A DNA stretch of 64,000 nucleotides from Candidatus Peribacter sp. GTDB lineage: Bacteria > Patescibacteriota > Gracilibacteria > Peribacterales > Peribacteraceae. Where the stretch lies: NCBI GenBank assembly GCA_018652955.1, contig JABIBA010000013.1, positions 55,880-119,879 of the forward strand, given 5' to 3'. The notes below the pieces were generated by a model. That model searched no databases, was not told the DNA's origin, and saw only the letters and a program-made list of their open reading frames with translations. The position numbers and the translations under genes are program-made. This document shows, in pieces, positions 38,047-47,591 of the stretch (position 1 is the stretch's first letter; every line of letters starts with the position of its first letter).

Positions 38047-38430
38047 ATGAAGAGATTTCTCCCTCATCTCACACGCTTTGCGCTGTATATTTTCAGTGGC
38101 TGTAGTGCGGCTGTGGCCGATATCGGCAGTTATATGCTGATGATTAATATCAATGTCTGGTACATATACGCCTCTATTATCAGTGGAGTTATTGGCTTTA
38201 TAACCGCGTTTTTGCTGCATAAATACATTGTATTTCAGAAGAAAGAGGCGTTTATGCGACACCTTGGAAGGTACTTTGTGGTGGATATGATCAATCTGAG
38301 TATCGTGACTGGCCTCTTGTATGTTTTGGTAGATTTGTGGAGTATGGACCCAATGCCAGCTAAATTCGTTGCTCTTGCCCCTGTAGTTCTCTGGAATTTC
38401 TTTGTGTATAAGTTTGTCGTATATGTCTAA
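38047..38430 (+). CDS. GtrA-family membrane protein (polyprenyl-phosphate sugar translocation candidate)
   Basis: 127 aa with four hydrophobic helices. FALYIFSGCSAAVADIGSY...FLLHKYIVFQKK is typical of the GtrA-like family. Confidence 0.75.
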   Translation: MKRFLPHLTRFALYIFSGCSAAVADIGSYMLMININVWYIYASIISGVIGFITAFLLHKYIVFQKKEAFMRHLGRYFVVDMINLSIVTGLLYVLVDLWSMDPMPAKFVALAPVVLWNFFVYKFVVYV

Positions 38431-38451
38431 ATACGGCTAATATTAGGCTTA

Positions 38452-39510
38452 ATGAGCAAGAAAGCCCTTATCACAGGAATAACAGGACAAGATGGTTCGT
38501 ATCTTGCCGAGTTGCTTATAGAGAAGGGGTATGAGGTACATGGGATAGTTCGTCGTAGCTCTACATTTAATCGTGGTCGTATCGATCATCTTTTCTCTGA
38601 TGAACAAGGTTCAGGAATTCACACAGAGCTTCATTACGGAGACCTTGGAGATGGGAACTCTCTCATTCGTATTCTTTCTGCGGTAAAGCCTGATGAGATT
38701 TATAACTTAGCTGCTCAAAGTCACGTTGCGATTAGTTTTGATATTCCAGAATACACTGGAGATGTAACGGGTATAGGAGCTGCACGACTTCTCGAAGCTG
38801 TTCGGAGTTTGGATCTTGATTCTAAAATTTACCAAGCAAGTTCTTCTGAGTTGTATGGACAAGTACGCGAAACTCCGCAGACAGAAGACACACCGTTCCA
38901 TCCACGCAGTCCGTATGGATGTGCAAAAGCGTACGCGTTTTACATGATGCAAAACTACAGAGAGAGTTACGGAATGTATGCCGTAAATGGAATCTTGTTT
39001 AACCATGAATCTCCACGCAGAGGAAAGAACTTCGTTACACGAAAAATTACCTACACACTTGCAGCTATCGTTGCTGGGAAACAAGAGAAGCTATACCTCG
39101 GTAATCTCGATGCAACGCGTGACTGGGGATACACAAAAGAATACGTCGAAGGAATGTGGCGCATGTTGCAGCAAGACACACCAGAAGATTACGTACTTGC
39201 TACTGGGAAGATGGCATCGGTACGAGATTTCTTAGAGCTCTGTCTTCGTCGCTGTGGTTACACATTTGCACGGCAGGGTGAAGGTATAAATGAAAAGTAC
39301 GTAGACGTCGATACTGGTAAGACTATTGTTGAAATTGATGAGAGATACTATCGCCCAGCAGAAGTAGATCTTTTGTGTGGAGATCCTTCTAAGGCTAAGG
39401 AAAAACTTGGCTGGGAAGCTACAGTGCACATGGAAGGATTGGCGGACATCATGTTGGAGTCTGACTTTGCAAAGATGGGTCTTACACTTCCGTCCACGGT
39501 CGCTGCTTAA
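38452..39510 (+). CDS. gmd: GDP-mannose 4,6-dehydratase
   Basis: 352 aa. [69 protein letters not shown] and [11 protein letters not shown] are all canonical Gmd. Confidence 0.92.
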   Translation: MSKKALITGITGQDGSYLAELLIEKGYEVHGIVRRSSTFNRGRIDHLFSDEQGSGIHTELHYGDLGDGNSLIRILSAVKPDEIYNLAAQSHVAISFDIPEYTGDVTGIGAARLLEAVRSLDLDSKIYQASSSELYGQVRETPQTEDTPFHPRSPYGCAKAYAFYMMQNYRESYGMYAVNGILFNHESPRRGKNFVTRKITYTLAAIVAGKQEKLYLGNLDATRDWGYTKEYVEGMWRMLQQDTPEDYVLATGKMASVRDFLELCLRRCGYTFARQGEGINEKYVDVDTGKTIVEIDERYYRPAEVDLLCGDPSKAKEKLGWEATVHMEGLADIMLESDFAKMGLTLPSTVAA

Positions 39511-40264
39511 GGTCTTTCGGGTGACCTCCTAGCTTTCCTTTAAACATTGCAGGTCTAAAGATATTTTCGGGTGCATTAAGTACAAAATGTTTTTGCGCTA
39601 TGTCTTCGCGGACAAAGAATGCGTTTACTCCTCTGCAATCCGTTGCGATGAGTGTATATCCTTTTTCTTTTCCAAGTTGAACCAGTGCGCTGAGACTTGC
39701 CCCGTAGTAGTCTGTCTTATCCCACGAAAAGTCTGCCTTATATGGAACAGTCACTGCTGGCTCATAGGGAATGCAGGCGTTGTATTCCATTATTACTACG
39801 CGCGGTGAGTATCCTTCTATTGCCTTCCAGACCCAGTAGTCGTTGCCATCAATATCAATACTGAGCAGATCAAACTCTGTCGGAACGTTATATTTTGCAA
39901 AAAGATTGTTGATGTTCTCTGCAGTAATAAACTCTTGTTTGATGCCGCTCTCTGGCGTGTTTTCTCTTCCATCCATAAGAAGTCCTGTCCAGCCTTTTCG
40001 TGTTAGCTGCTTTGTATTGCACTCTGTTCCGTCTTCAGTTCCAAATTCTACGTAGTATGCATCTGTAGTGCCGATCACTCCAAACAGTGCATGAATCATT
40101 CCGTCTTCCCAGTTCTGGGATGTGACTCTTCGTTCGAAAAGATTGAGATTGGAGATCTGTTTTCCAGTCAGACGATAGAGCCGAAGTGTGATGTGCCAGT
40201 GCAACATGCCAGCTAGCCACTTTGTCGTTTTTTGAACCCGACGCTGCATGCGGTAGGCAATCAT
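39482..40264 (-). CDS. Methyltransferase-like protein (FkbM-related, tentative)
   Basis: [36 protein letters not shown]...[14 protein letters not shown] is a motif set seen in FkbM-type or class I methyltransferases of glycan loci. Start set at the ATG forming an ATGA overlap with the upstream gene. Confidence 0.5.
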   Translation of the reverse strand: MIAYRMQRRVQKTTKWLAGMLHWHITLRLYRLTGKQISNLNLFERRVTSQNWEDGMIHALFGVIGTTDAYYVEFGTEDGTECNTKQLTRKGWTGLLMDGRENTPESGIKQEFITAENINNLFAKYNVPTEFDLLSIDIDGNDYWVWKAIEGYSPRVVIMEYNACIPYEPAVTVPYKADFSWDKTDYYGASLSALVQLGKEKGYTLIATDCRGVNAFFVREDIAQKHFVLNAPENIFRPAMFKGKLGGHPKDLKQRPWTEV

Positions 40265-41565
40265 GCTGTGAGCTCCGTAATAAGTGATACGATGCGTTCT
40301 GTACTCTTTCCATCGAGTAGTGCCCACTCAGACCCTCGTTGCTTTTGCTCACTCACACAGGAGCTGTAATAGGTGTCGTCGTGCAATAGGAGCTCGAAGT
40401 GCGGGAGGAGTTTCTTTTTATCTTTTACTATTTCCGTTCCGGGTGCGCCGTCGTAGACGGGATAATCAAATCCATAGAAATCGATGACTACACTTGGTTT
40501 TGCCATGGCGACAGCTTGAGCTATTACGCTTGAGTAACTGGAAATCACGATGTCGGCTTTTGGCAGCAGTGCATAGATTCTTTCATCAGAAATCTGCAGC
40601 CCTGCCTCATCTGCGAGTGGCTGGTACCATGAACGATCGCTACGTGGATGCAGGTTTAGAATTACCTTTGCTTTAGTGGCTGCGAGAGTCTTAAACAGGA
40701 ACTGCATCTCTTCTTTGTGTTTGTCCCATGGAAGCAAGTCGTGCTCTCCGAAGTTTGGCACAGAACAGAGAATAACTTTCTCAGTGTGTGTATTTTCAGT
40801 AGTGAGCTGTGCAGCAATGTCATCCAGTGAAGGTTTTCCTGTCACTATCATTTTGTCCGCAGACATTCCTTGTTCCAGTAGTTGATTGCGTAGTGCTTCA
40901 CTTTCTACGGCCATCTTGGTTGCCGCACCACCACCAATGATCCACGGCGCCTTCGGCATGATGCCGAGAAGCTTTGCTGCAAGTGCTGTGTACGGAGGCT
41001 GGAAAAAGAGCGGAGTATTTTTGTAGACGAATATCCACGAAGGAAAGATGAATCGTAATAAGTATCGCAGTGGGTTTGAGACTGCATACTGTCCACCACG
41101 CTTGCCAGAGCGCAGCCTTGGTTCTGCAGCAGCTTCACGAAAACTCATTGCAAATGGGACGATCAAACTAGGAATATTATTCTTATTTGCCTGTGCAATG
41201 ACTGCGGTTTCTATCCCGATACTGCGATCTCCAGAAACAACTATAAGACTAATATCTTTGTGTTTCTCCAAGAGTTTTTTGGCACGTCGGCACTCAGATC
41301 GCATCTGCAAGAATCCTTTTGCAAGAGAGGGGAGAAATCGATGAAGTGTGCTCTTGGGAGTGGCTGAGTTTCGACTTTCGACTTTCGGGGTTTGATTTAT
41401 CTCCAGAGGAGATCCATCTGAAGCAATAGCGGGAATATCTCCGATCAGTGTTTGCAGTGGTGCTACCTTTTTATCGAGGCAGAATACTGCATTTGGAATT
41501 GATGTAGCAATTGGAAGCATTTCCAAAAGATTCCCCTTAGATAGCGGAAGAAAGAGGACAACCAT
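40261..41565 (-). CDS. GT-B-like glycosyl/phosphoglycosyl transferase of uncertain family (434 aa)
   Basis: The C-terminal half (VILNLHPRSD...ADIVISSYSSVIAQAVAMAKPSVVIDFYG) resembles the acceptor/donor halves of capsule-type GT-B enzymes. No secure family call. Confidence 0.5.
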   Translation of the reverse strand: MVVLFLPLSKGNLLEMLPIATSIPNAVFCLDKKVAPLQTLIGDIPAIASDGSPLEINQTPKVESRNSATPKSTLHRFLPSLAKGFLQMRSECRRAKKLLEKHKDISLIVVSGDRSIGIETAVIAQANKNNIPSLIVPFAMSFREAAAEPRLRSGKRGGQYAVSNPLRYLLRFIFPSWIFVYKNTPLFFQPPYTALAAKLLGIMPKAPWIIGGGAATKMAVESEALRNQLLEQGMSADKMIVTGKPSLDDIAAQLTTENTHTEKVILCSVPNFGEHDLLPWDKHKEEMQFLFKTLAATKAKVILNLHPRSDRSWYQPLADEAGLQISDERIYALLPKADIVISSYSSVIAQAVAMAKPSVVIDFYGFDYPVYDGAPGTEIVKDKKKLLPHFELLLHDDTYYSSCVSEQKQRGSEWALLDGKSTERIVSLITELTA

Positions 41566-41568
41566 GCC

Positions 41569-42153
41569 TTAGGCAGGGAAGAGATGATCTTCGACGAGTT
41601 CACAGATGAGGTGTTCTATGACGATATGACTCTCTTGTGTGCATTGGGTGTCTTCTCCTGGCACTGCAACGGTGTGTGTAGAGTCACAGGAAAGCCCTGC
41701 ACTTCCTGTTAATCCAATGGTTACGAGACCACGTTTTGCAGCTTCTTCACAAGCGAGTACTACATTTTTTGATGATCCACTGGTAGTAATCCCGAGGAGC
41801 ACATCACCTTCTTTTCCGAGTGCTTCTACCTGACGCGCAAATATTCCTTCGAAGTTGATGTCGTTTGCAAAGGCCGTAAGAAACGATGTATCTGTTGTAA
41901 GAGCTATTGCAGGCAGTGCATCCCTTGGTCGGTCTTTACGAAGTCTGCTAGTAAACTCTGCAGCCATATGTTGTGAATCTGCAGCGCTCCCACCGTTTCC
42001 GCAAATCAATAACTTGTTACCATTTTTAAAGGCAGTGCTGATGAGATCTGCTGCCTCTAGAATACTTGGAATACACTCAGTAGCTACAGCTTCCAAGGTT
42101 TTCGTACTACGTTCCAGATGACTCTGGATGGTGGCGGTGCGTGGATCTGTCAT
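41569..42153 (-). CDS. gmhA: SIS-domain sedoheptulose-7-phosphate isomerase (GmhA family)
   Basis: LLICGNGGSAADSQHMAAEF...RPRDALPAIALTTDTS...NDINFEGIFARQVEALGKEGDVLLGITTSGSSKNV closely tracks E. coli GmhA as I recall it. Confidence 0.8.
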   Translation of the reverse strand: MTDPRTATIQSHLERSTKTLEAVATECIPSILEAADLISTAFKNGNKLLICGNGGSAADSQHMAAEFTSRLRKDRPRDALPAIALTTDTSFLTAFANDINFEGIFARQVEALGKEGDVLLGITTSGSSKNVVLACEEAAKRGLVTIGLTGSAGLSCDSTHTVAVPGEDTQCTQESHIVIEHLICELVEDHLFPA

Positions 42154-42155
42154 GA

Positions 42156-43010
42156 TTATTTTCTGCGAAGCTTTTCTATGATTGGCAGCTCACTATCGTA
42201 GACATGTTTTACTCCATCTCCTCTTGCTTCTTCCCAAGCGCGAATATCACGAACAAGTCGTGCAAATCCTTGTGGCTCGATGGATGCTGGTTGGTCACTT
42301 CCCCACATAGCTCTATCTAAAGTGATGTGACGTTCCACAACTGAAGAGCCAAGTACTGCAGCAGCAAAGCTTGTAGAGAGCCCTACTTCGTGTCCTGAGT
42401 ATCCAACAGGTACTCCGTATTTCTGTGCAAGTACTGGAATCATTGAAAGGTTGAGTTCTTCTAGTTGAGCAGGGTACGTACTTGTTGCGTGAAGAATAAT
42501 AAGGTCTTCTTTACCCAGTACCTCTACTGCGTGGTCGATCTGTTCCTGTGTACTCATTCCTGTAGAGATGATCATTGGTTTATTTTTTGAGCGGTGGTGT
42601 TTTAGAAGCTCATCATCGGTAAGAGATGCAGAGGCAATCTTGTAACATGGTGGGTCGAATGCATCGATGAAATCGACAGCTCCTTCGTCCCAACATGAGG
42701 CAAGCCACATGATACCTTTTTCTTTGCAGTAACTATCAATCTCTCCATATTCTGCTTCGCCAAACTCTAAGCCACGTTTTAGATCTCCGTTAGTATCACC
42801 AAAAGGATTCTCTCGTGGTCGTGCAAGCTCTTCTTCTGTGTAGACTACTTCTACTGTGCGTTTTTGGAATTTTACAGCGTTGCATCCAGCTTCTGCTGAT
42901 GCATCAATAAGCTGCTTTGCAATTTTCATATCACCATTGTGGTTGATACCAATTTCTGCGATAACCAAGCATGCTTCGTTTGGGCCTATGGTGTGATTTC
43001 CAATTTTCAT
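42156..43010 (-). CDS. NeuB-family PEP-condensing ulosonic-acid synthase, lacking the C-terminal SAF domain
   Basis: 284 aa. CLVIAEIGINHNGDMKIAKQLIDASAEAGCNAVKFQ, YKIASASL, MIISTGMST, YSGHEVG and VERHITLD. It ends where the TIM barrel ends. Confidence 0.85.
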   Translation of the reverse strand: MKIGNHTIGPNEACLVIAEIGINHNGDMKIAKQLIDASAEAGCNAVKFQKRTVEVVYTEEELARPRENPFGDTNGDLKRGLEFGEAEYGEIDSYCKEKGIMWLASCWDEGAVDFIDAFDPPCYKIASASLTDDELLKHHRSKNKPMIISTGMSTQEQIDHAVEVLGKEDLIILHATSTYPAQLEELNLSMIPVLAQKYGVPVGYSGHEVGLSTSFAAAVLGSSVVERHITLDRAMWGSDQPASIEPQGFARLVRDIRAWEEARGDGVKHVYDSELPIIEKLRRK

Positions 43011-43032
43011 GCAGGAGTAGTGTGCCTATGTA

Positions 43033-43866
43033 TTATCGGACAGTCCACCCACCATCTACAGAAATTCCTTGGCCTGTTATATAGCTTCCAGCATCAGAAG
43101 AAAGCAGTAAAAGGGCTCCAATTAGCTCTCTGGGCACTCCTGTGCGACCGAGACAGGTTTTGTCGTTCAAGACTTTTAGGAAGGGGGCATTTGGATCAAC
43201 GGCATTTGCTCCAGTTCCTTCAGTATTTGCGAAGGGTCCTGGGTGGATGGCATTTACACGAATGCCATGCTCTCCCCAGAAGGATGCCGCATATCTGGTG
43301 AGCTGCATAAGAGCTGCTTTTGCAGAGCCATATCCTGCAGGGTTCATCTTATCAGTTCCTCTATAGAGTGCAGGGTCTGGAGCAACAATCGAGTACATCG
43401 TGCATGTATTTATTATACTTCCGTTACCCTTCTCTTTCATTCCAGGGAACACTGCTTGCATTGCAAGGACAGGTCCTGTCATTCCCCCAGAAAGATTATT
43501 GTTAAAGTGTTCAAGTGGTGCAGTTTCGAGTGCCGCACCCGGTTGGTTAAACCCACAACCTGGTCCCATCTCGTGTGCGTTATTGACGAGCACATCGACA
43601 GTACCTGTTTTTGCTACTGCTTCACCGAGAGTGTTTTTAAGAACGTCTGTGTCGTACATGTCGACGGTGTATCCATCGACTTGTGCCTCTCCAAATTCAT
43701 TTGCGAGTTCTGTTTTTAAAGCCTCCAGTTTTTCTGATCTTCCAAATAGAATAACCTTCGCATCATTTTCTACAAGTGAACGTGCCATTTCGGAGCCTAG
43801 AAAACCAGATGCTCCTGTGAGGAGAACAGTTTTACCTTGAAGAGAAAAGAGATCTGAAGCTTTCAT
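43033..43866 (-). CDS. Short-chain dehydrogenase/reductase
   Basis: TGASGFLGSEM and YGSAK motifs. Start set at MKASDL so as not to overlap the upstream gene. Confidence 0.8.
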   Translation of the reverse strand: MKASDLFSLQGKTVLLTGASGFLGSEMARSLVENDAKVILFGRSEKLEALKTELANEFGEAQVDGYTVDMYDTDVLKNTLGEAVAKTGTVDVLVNNAHEMGPGCGFNQPGAALETAPLEHFNNNLSGGMTGPVLAMQAVFPGMKEKGNGSIINTCTMYSIVAPDPALYRGTDKMNPAGYGSAKAALMQLTRYAASFWGEHGIRVNAIHPGPFANTEGTGANAVDPNAPFLKVLNDKTCLGRTGVPRELIGALLLLSSDAGSYITGQGISVDGGWTVR

Positions 43867-43882
43867 AAGAGTACGGGGAAGA

Positions 43883-44683
43883 TTACCAGCAAGTACGGCC
43901 ACCATCGACAACAAGATTTTGTCCGGTCATATACGATGAAGCATCACTGCAAAGAAATAGCACTGCACCTTGGTACTCTGTCTCTTGTGCCATGCGACCA
44001 AGTGGAATGCGTGAAGAAATATCTTTAACAAATTCTGGAGGCTGACTTGTGTATACGCCACCAGGAGAAAGTGCGTTTACGCGAACGTGTGGGCAGTAAT
44101 AGGTGGAGAAGTATTTTGTAAGACCGACAAGCCCTGCTTTTGCCACACTGTATGTTACAGGTTTTACAGCTTGCTCATCTTCGGGCACACCTTCTTTTCT
44201 ATAGAGTCTTTGGTCGGGGGCTGACACAGAAAGCTCTGACGCAATATTTAAGATCACACCAGACTTTTGTTTCATCATCTGTTCACCAAATGCTTGAACA
44301 CAGAGGAACGCACCGAGAAGACCAACATTCAAATCATCTACCCACTGCTCGAGAGGGAAGTTGCTTACGCGAGAGAAGTTTACCTTTGCGCCTGCTTCTA
44401 CTTTCGGGTTATTTGCTGCGTTATTGACGAGGATATCTACCTTCCCATATTTTCCCATTACGGTTTCAAATGCTTGTTGTACAGAGTCTTGGTCTGCGAT
44501 GTTGGTTTCTATAAATAGCGCATCAAGTTCATCAGCGATCTTCTGACCACTTTCTGCGTTATGTTCCAGAATAACAGGGATACCACCAGCTGCTTTAATG
44601 GCCTCGCAGTGCCGTCTTCCCAAAAGTCCTCCACCGCCTGTTACGACAGCGACGCGTCCTGTGAGGTCAAATAGCGTATTCAT
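43883..44683 (-). CDS. Short-chain dehydrogenase/reductase
   Basis: VTGGGGLLG, NNAA and YSVAKAG motifs. Confidence 0.85.
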   Translation of the reverse strand: MNTLFDLTGRVAVVTGGGGLLGRRHCEAIKAAGGIPVILEHNAESGQKIADELDALFIETNIADQDSVQQAFETVMGKYGKVDILVNNAANNPKVEAGAKVNFSRVSNFPLEQWVDDLNVGLLGAFLCVQAFGEQMMKQKSGVILNIASELSVSAPDQRLYRKEGVPEDEQAVKPVTYSVAKAGLVGLTKYFSTYYCPHVRVNALSPGGVYTSQPPEFVKDISSRIPLGRMAQETEYQGAVLFLCSDASSYMTGQNLVVDGGRTCW

Positions 44684-44696
44684 CGGGCGAATTGTA

Positions 44697-45524
44697 TCAC
44701 GCTACGCCAAATGTCTGCGTTGAAAAAGTGTGATATTTGCGTATTTGCTCTACTTCTTTCCCTTCTTCTCCACGAGCCCCCTGGAGCGTAAACAGTCCGT
44801 CAAACTGCAGTCGGTCGAGTTCTTCTTTTACCGCTGCGAAGTCTGTATCACCTGTACCGAGTTCTACGGTGGAGCTGTTGAGTATGCGGTCTTTGATGTG
44901 CACACTACCAAGATGTTCCCCGTAGGCGGCAAGTTCTTCTTTGGGGTTATACCCCATCCCTGCACTGTTACCGGTGTCGTACGTTACTTTTACGCTTGGG
45001 TGATTGATTTGCTTCAGGAAGTACACAAAATTTTCTGGATCAAGTGACGTCTCTAGGTGGAGTTCCATATCTAACTTCTCCAGTACTGGAAGAATCGATT
45101 GTAGAGCAAGAGCTGCTTGGTCGATTTCTTCTTTGGTATTGAGGGCAGAGTTATCGAGAAATGGAATTCCAAGATGCGCAGCGCCTACTTTTTTTGCTTG
45201 ATGAAATAGAAGGTCTAAAAGCTGTAGTCGCTCTTCACGTTCTTGCTCTGTGCAACGAACAAGCGGCTCTTCCATAAACGAGTCTGCACAAATAGATGGA
45301 ATAGCAACACCGTACTTCTTCATCAGCGCTAACATCTCCTCTACTCCTTCATCTGTTCTAAGTGGAGTGATATCTGCTCCGTATGTATCATCAATCCATT
45401 CTATATTTGGAACACCTGCTTGCGCAGCACACGCAAATTCCTCTCGCCACGAATTTCTTGGGAACGATTGGAACCGTCCATCTTCTTGAGGGCTTAGTCG
45501 ATTATGCATTACTGCAAGTTTCAT
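44697..45524 (-). CDS. Xylose-isomerase-like TIM-barrel sugar (phosphate) isomerase/epimerase
   Basis: 275 aa. HLETSLDP...VTYDTGNSAG...HIKDR is the pattern of the AP_endonuc_2 / sugar epimerase fold. Confidence 0.7.
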   Translation of the reverse strand: MKLAVMHNRLSPQEDGRFQSFPRNSWREEFACAAQAGVPNIEWIDDTYGADITPLRTDEGVEEMLALMKKYGVAIPSICADSFMEEPLVRCTEQEREERLQLLDLLFHQAKKVGAAHLGIPFLDNSALNTKEEIDQAALALQSILPVLEKLDMELHLETSLDPENFVYFLKQINHPSVKVTYDTGNSAGMGYNPKEELAAYGEHLGSVHIKDRILNSSTVELGTGDTDFAAVKEELDRLQFDGLFTLQGARGEEGKEVEQIRKYHTFSTQTFGVA

Positions 45525-46687
45525 TATTTCTTGGCGGCTAATAACTTGTCACTGAATTCGCGAACAGCACCTTGGCCGCCTGGTGTGGATAGCACTATGC
45601 GAGCAGCGCCAAGTACAGATGGGTCTGCATCTGCAACAACAACAGGGAAACCCACCATGTGCAGACACTCTAAATCGTTCATGTCATTACCGAGGTAGGC
45701 AACTTTGGAAGCATCGATATTTTCTTTCTGGAGATACTCCGTAAGATACTTTGCTTTGTTGCCGATGCCTTGATGACATGGAAGCTGTAACTTTTCGCAT
45801 CGCAGCTTTACGATCGGATGTTTCTCTGTAGAGAGAACAATCATTGGAATGTTTGCATCGCGGAGATGATCTATTCCTAATCCGTCACTGCGGTTGCAAC
45901 GGACAAACTCATCACCATTTTCTGTGACTTCTACTTTGTTGTCGGTCATTACTCCATCAAAATCAAATACGACGAGTTCGATGTCGCTTGGCCAGTCGGC
46001 TTTGTCTTGTCGTACAATCCATCGTACGAGGTCTACTTGCTGTGCAGTATCTACTTGGAACGAGTGAAACTCGTCCATTAAATATACACTGGTCTTTCCG
46101 CCAAGGCGGTTGCCTTTTTCCCTAAGGAGAGAGGTTTTAGTGACATAGAGTGATCCGTTTTCTCTGTACTGTTCTTCCATATCTTGCTCACGTTTTCGAG
46201 TTTCGTAATCGTAATTTAACGATTTCAAACCATCTGATGCTTTGTTCCAAATAAGTGCGTAGTTTCTGCAGGCAGAAAAGATAGAATCTACATCTTCATC
46301 AATCAGTTGTTGAATAGCATTGTCGATATCATCTTCTTTGCGCACGGGTGATGTGCATTGTAAAAAGACGACGAGGTCTGGGTCTTCTTTTCCTTGTTTC
46401 TTTCGTTCATCAAGTACATGCAGCAAAGCAGATTCACTTGTTGCTGTAGCTGATGCAAGTTCCTCTGTTCGCGTAATAACTTCTGCACCGTACTTTTTTG
46501 CTTCGCGTGTAATCTCTGCATCTTCTGTAGAGACAATCACTTCATCAACAAGCTTTGCGCTGCGCGCGTGCAATATGCTGTGTGCCAAAATTGGAATACC
46601 GGCGAGTGGTAGTAAGTTTTTCCCAGGGATACGTTCGGACCCTCCGCGGGCAGGGATGATTACGATGACGGAAATGTCGGTGCTCAT
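45524..46687 (-). CDS. Fusion of an acylneuraminate-type cytidylyltransferase (N-terminal) and a KdsC-like HAD sugar-acid phosphatase (C-terminal)
   Basis: N-terminus: VIIPARGGSERIPGKNLLPLAGIPILAHSI (CMP-sugar synthetase). C-terminus: VVFDFDGVMTDNKV...SDGLGI...YLGNDMNDL...GGQGAVREF (KdsC/YrbI-type HAD). Confidence 0.85.
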   Translation of the reverse strand: MSTDISVIVIIPARGGSERIPGKNLLPLAGIPILAHSILHARSAKLVDEVIVSTEDAEITREAKKYGAEVITRTEELASATATSESALLHVLDERKKQGKEDPDLVVFLQCTSPVRKEDDIDNAIQQLIDEDVDSIFSACRNYALIWNKASDGLKSLNYDYETRKREQDMEEQYRENGSLYVTKTSLLREKGNRLGGKTSVYLMDEFHSFQVDTAQQVDLVRWIVRQDKADWPSDIELVVFDFDGVMTDNKVEVTENGDEFVRCNRSDGLGIDHLRDANIPMIVLSTEKHPIVKLRCEKLQLPCHQGIGNKAKYLTEYLQKENIDASKVAYLGNDMNDLECLHMVGFPVVVADADPSVLGAARIVLSTPGGQGAVREFSDKLLAAKK

Positions 46688-47520
46688 AGTAGATCTTCAT
46701 TGTAGTACACATACACATCAGTCTGCTCTTCTTTAAAGGTAAAGCCTGCATCCTCAATTGTTTTTATAGCTTTCTTAATATCCTCTGCATCAGAAATCAT
46801 GTGATGCACCTCGACAATAAGCACTGAGACGTGGCGTTTCAGTATATCAATTTCTTTTTCGATGAGGTCGAGCTCTGCTCCTTCGATATCAATCACCAGT
46901 GATACCTTGTTCCATCCTCTCTCTTCAATCAGTTTACCAATTGTTATTGCAGGCACAGTGACTGCAGTTCCTGTTGCACGTTGTGCGCTTCCACCGACAG
47001 AAAGTTTGTGCAGGTAAAACGTCACTTCTGGACCGTTCTGGTCGAGTGCTGCGTGCATCACTTCGTAGTTTGCATTATTTAGCTTGCGATTGGTTTCCAG
47101 TATTCCAAGAAGATCTGGGTTCGCCTCTATAACTATGTGGTCTTCTGGCTTGGTCAGTTTTCTGTTTATAACATTCGAGATCACTCCGATAGATCCTCCT
47201 CCTTCTATAACAGGTAGGTCTGCAGGAACATGTTCTTCTACAAGGCGTCGTTCTTTGTCTTCGTATGTTCCCCAGAAAAATCGACTCTTTACAGTGCGAG
47301 AAATTGCAGGAGCATCAAAAGAGTAGGTGAGCCCATCAAGCTTCCACTTGTTTCCGAGAAGTTCGATACATCTCCCTACTAGCTGATTTCGAAACCATGA
47401 TTTTCCACGACTGAGGCGGTAGGGCACTTCTTTAGCCAAACGTACCAAAAAGCCCCAAACGCCTTCGCGCTTGAAATACTTCCAGCAATTGCCTGATGCG
47501 GTACGAATGTTCGTTAGCAT
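46684..47520 (-). CDS. FkbM-family methyltransferase
   Basis: VIEGGGSIGVISN...LVIDIEGAELDLI is the FkbM pattern. ATGA overlap with the downstream gene. Confidence 0.7.
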   Translation of the reverse strand: MLTNIRTASGNCWKYFKREGVWGFLVRLAKEVPYRLSRGKSWFRNQLVGRCIELLGNKWKLDGLTYSFDAPAISRTVKSRFFWGTYEDKERRLVEEHVPADLPVIEGGGSIGVISNVINRKLTKPEDHIVIEANPDLLGILETNRKLNNANYEVMHAALDQNGPEVTFYLHKLSVGGSAQRATGTAVTVPAITIGKLIEERGWNKVSLVIDIEGAELDLIEKEIDILKRHVSVLIVEVHHMISDAEDIKKAIKTIEDAGFTFKEEQTDVYVYYNEDLL

Positions 47521-47591
47521 AGTATCGGCACTCTACTTGAAAATTCTGTAGAAGTTAACGGAATAGACGAGGTTTGTGTTATTGTTTCTCT

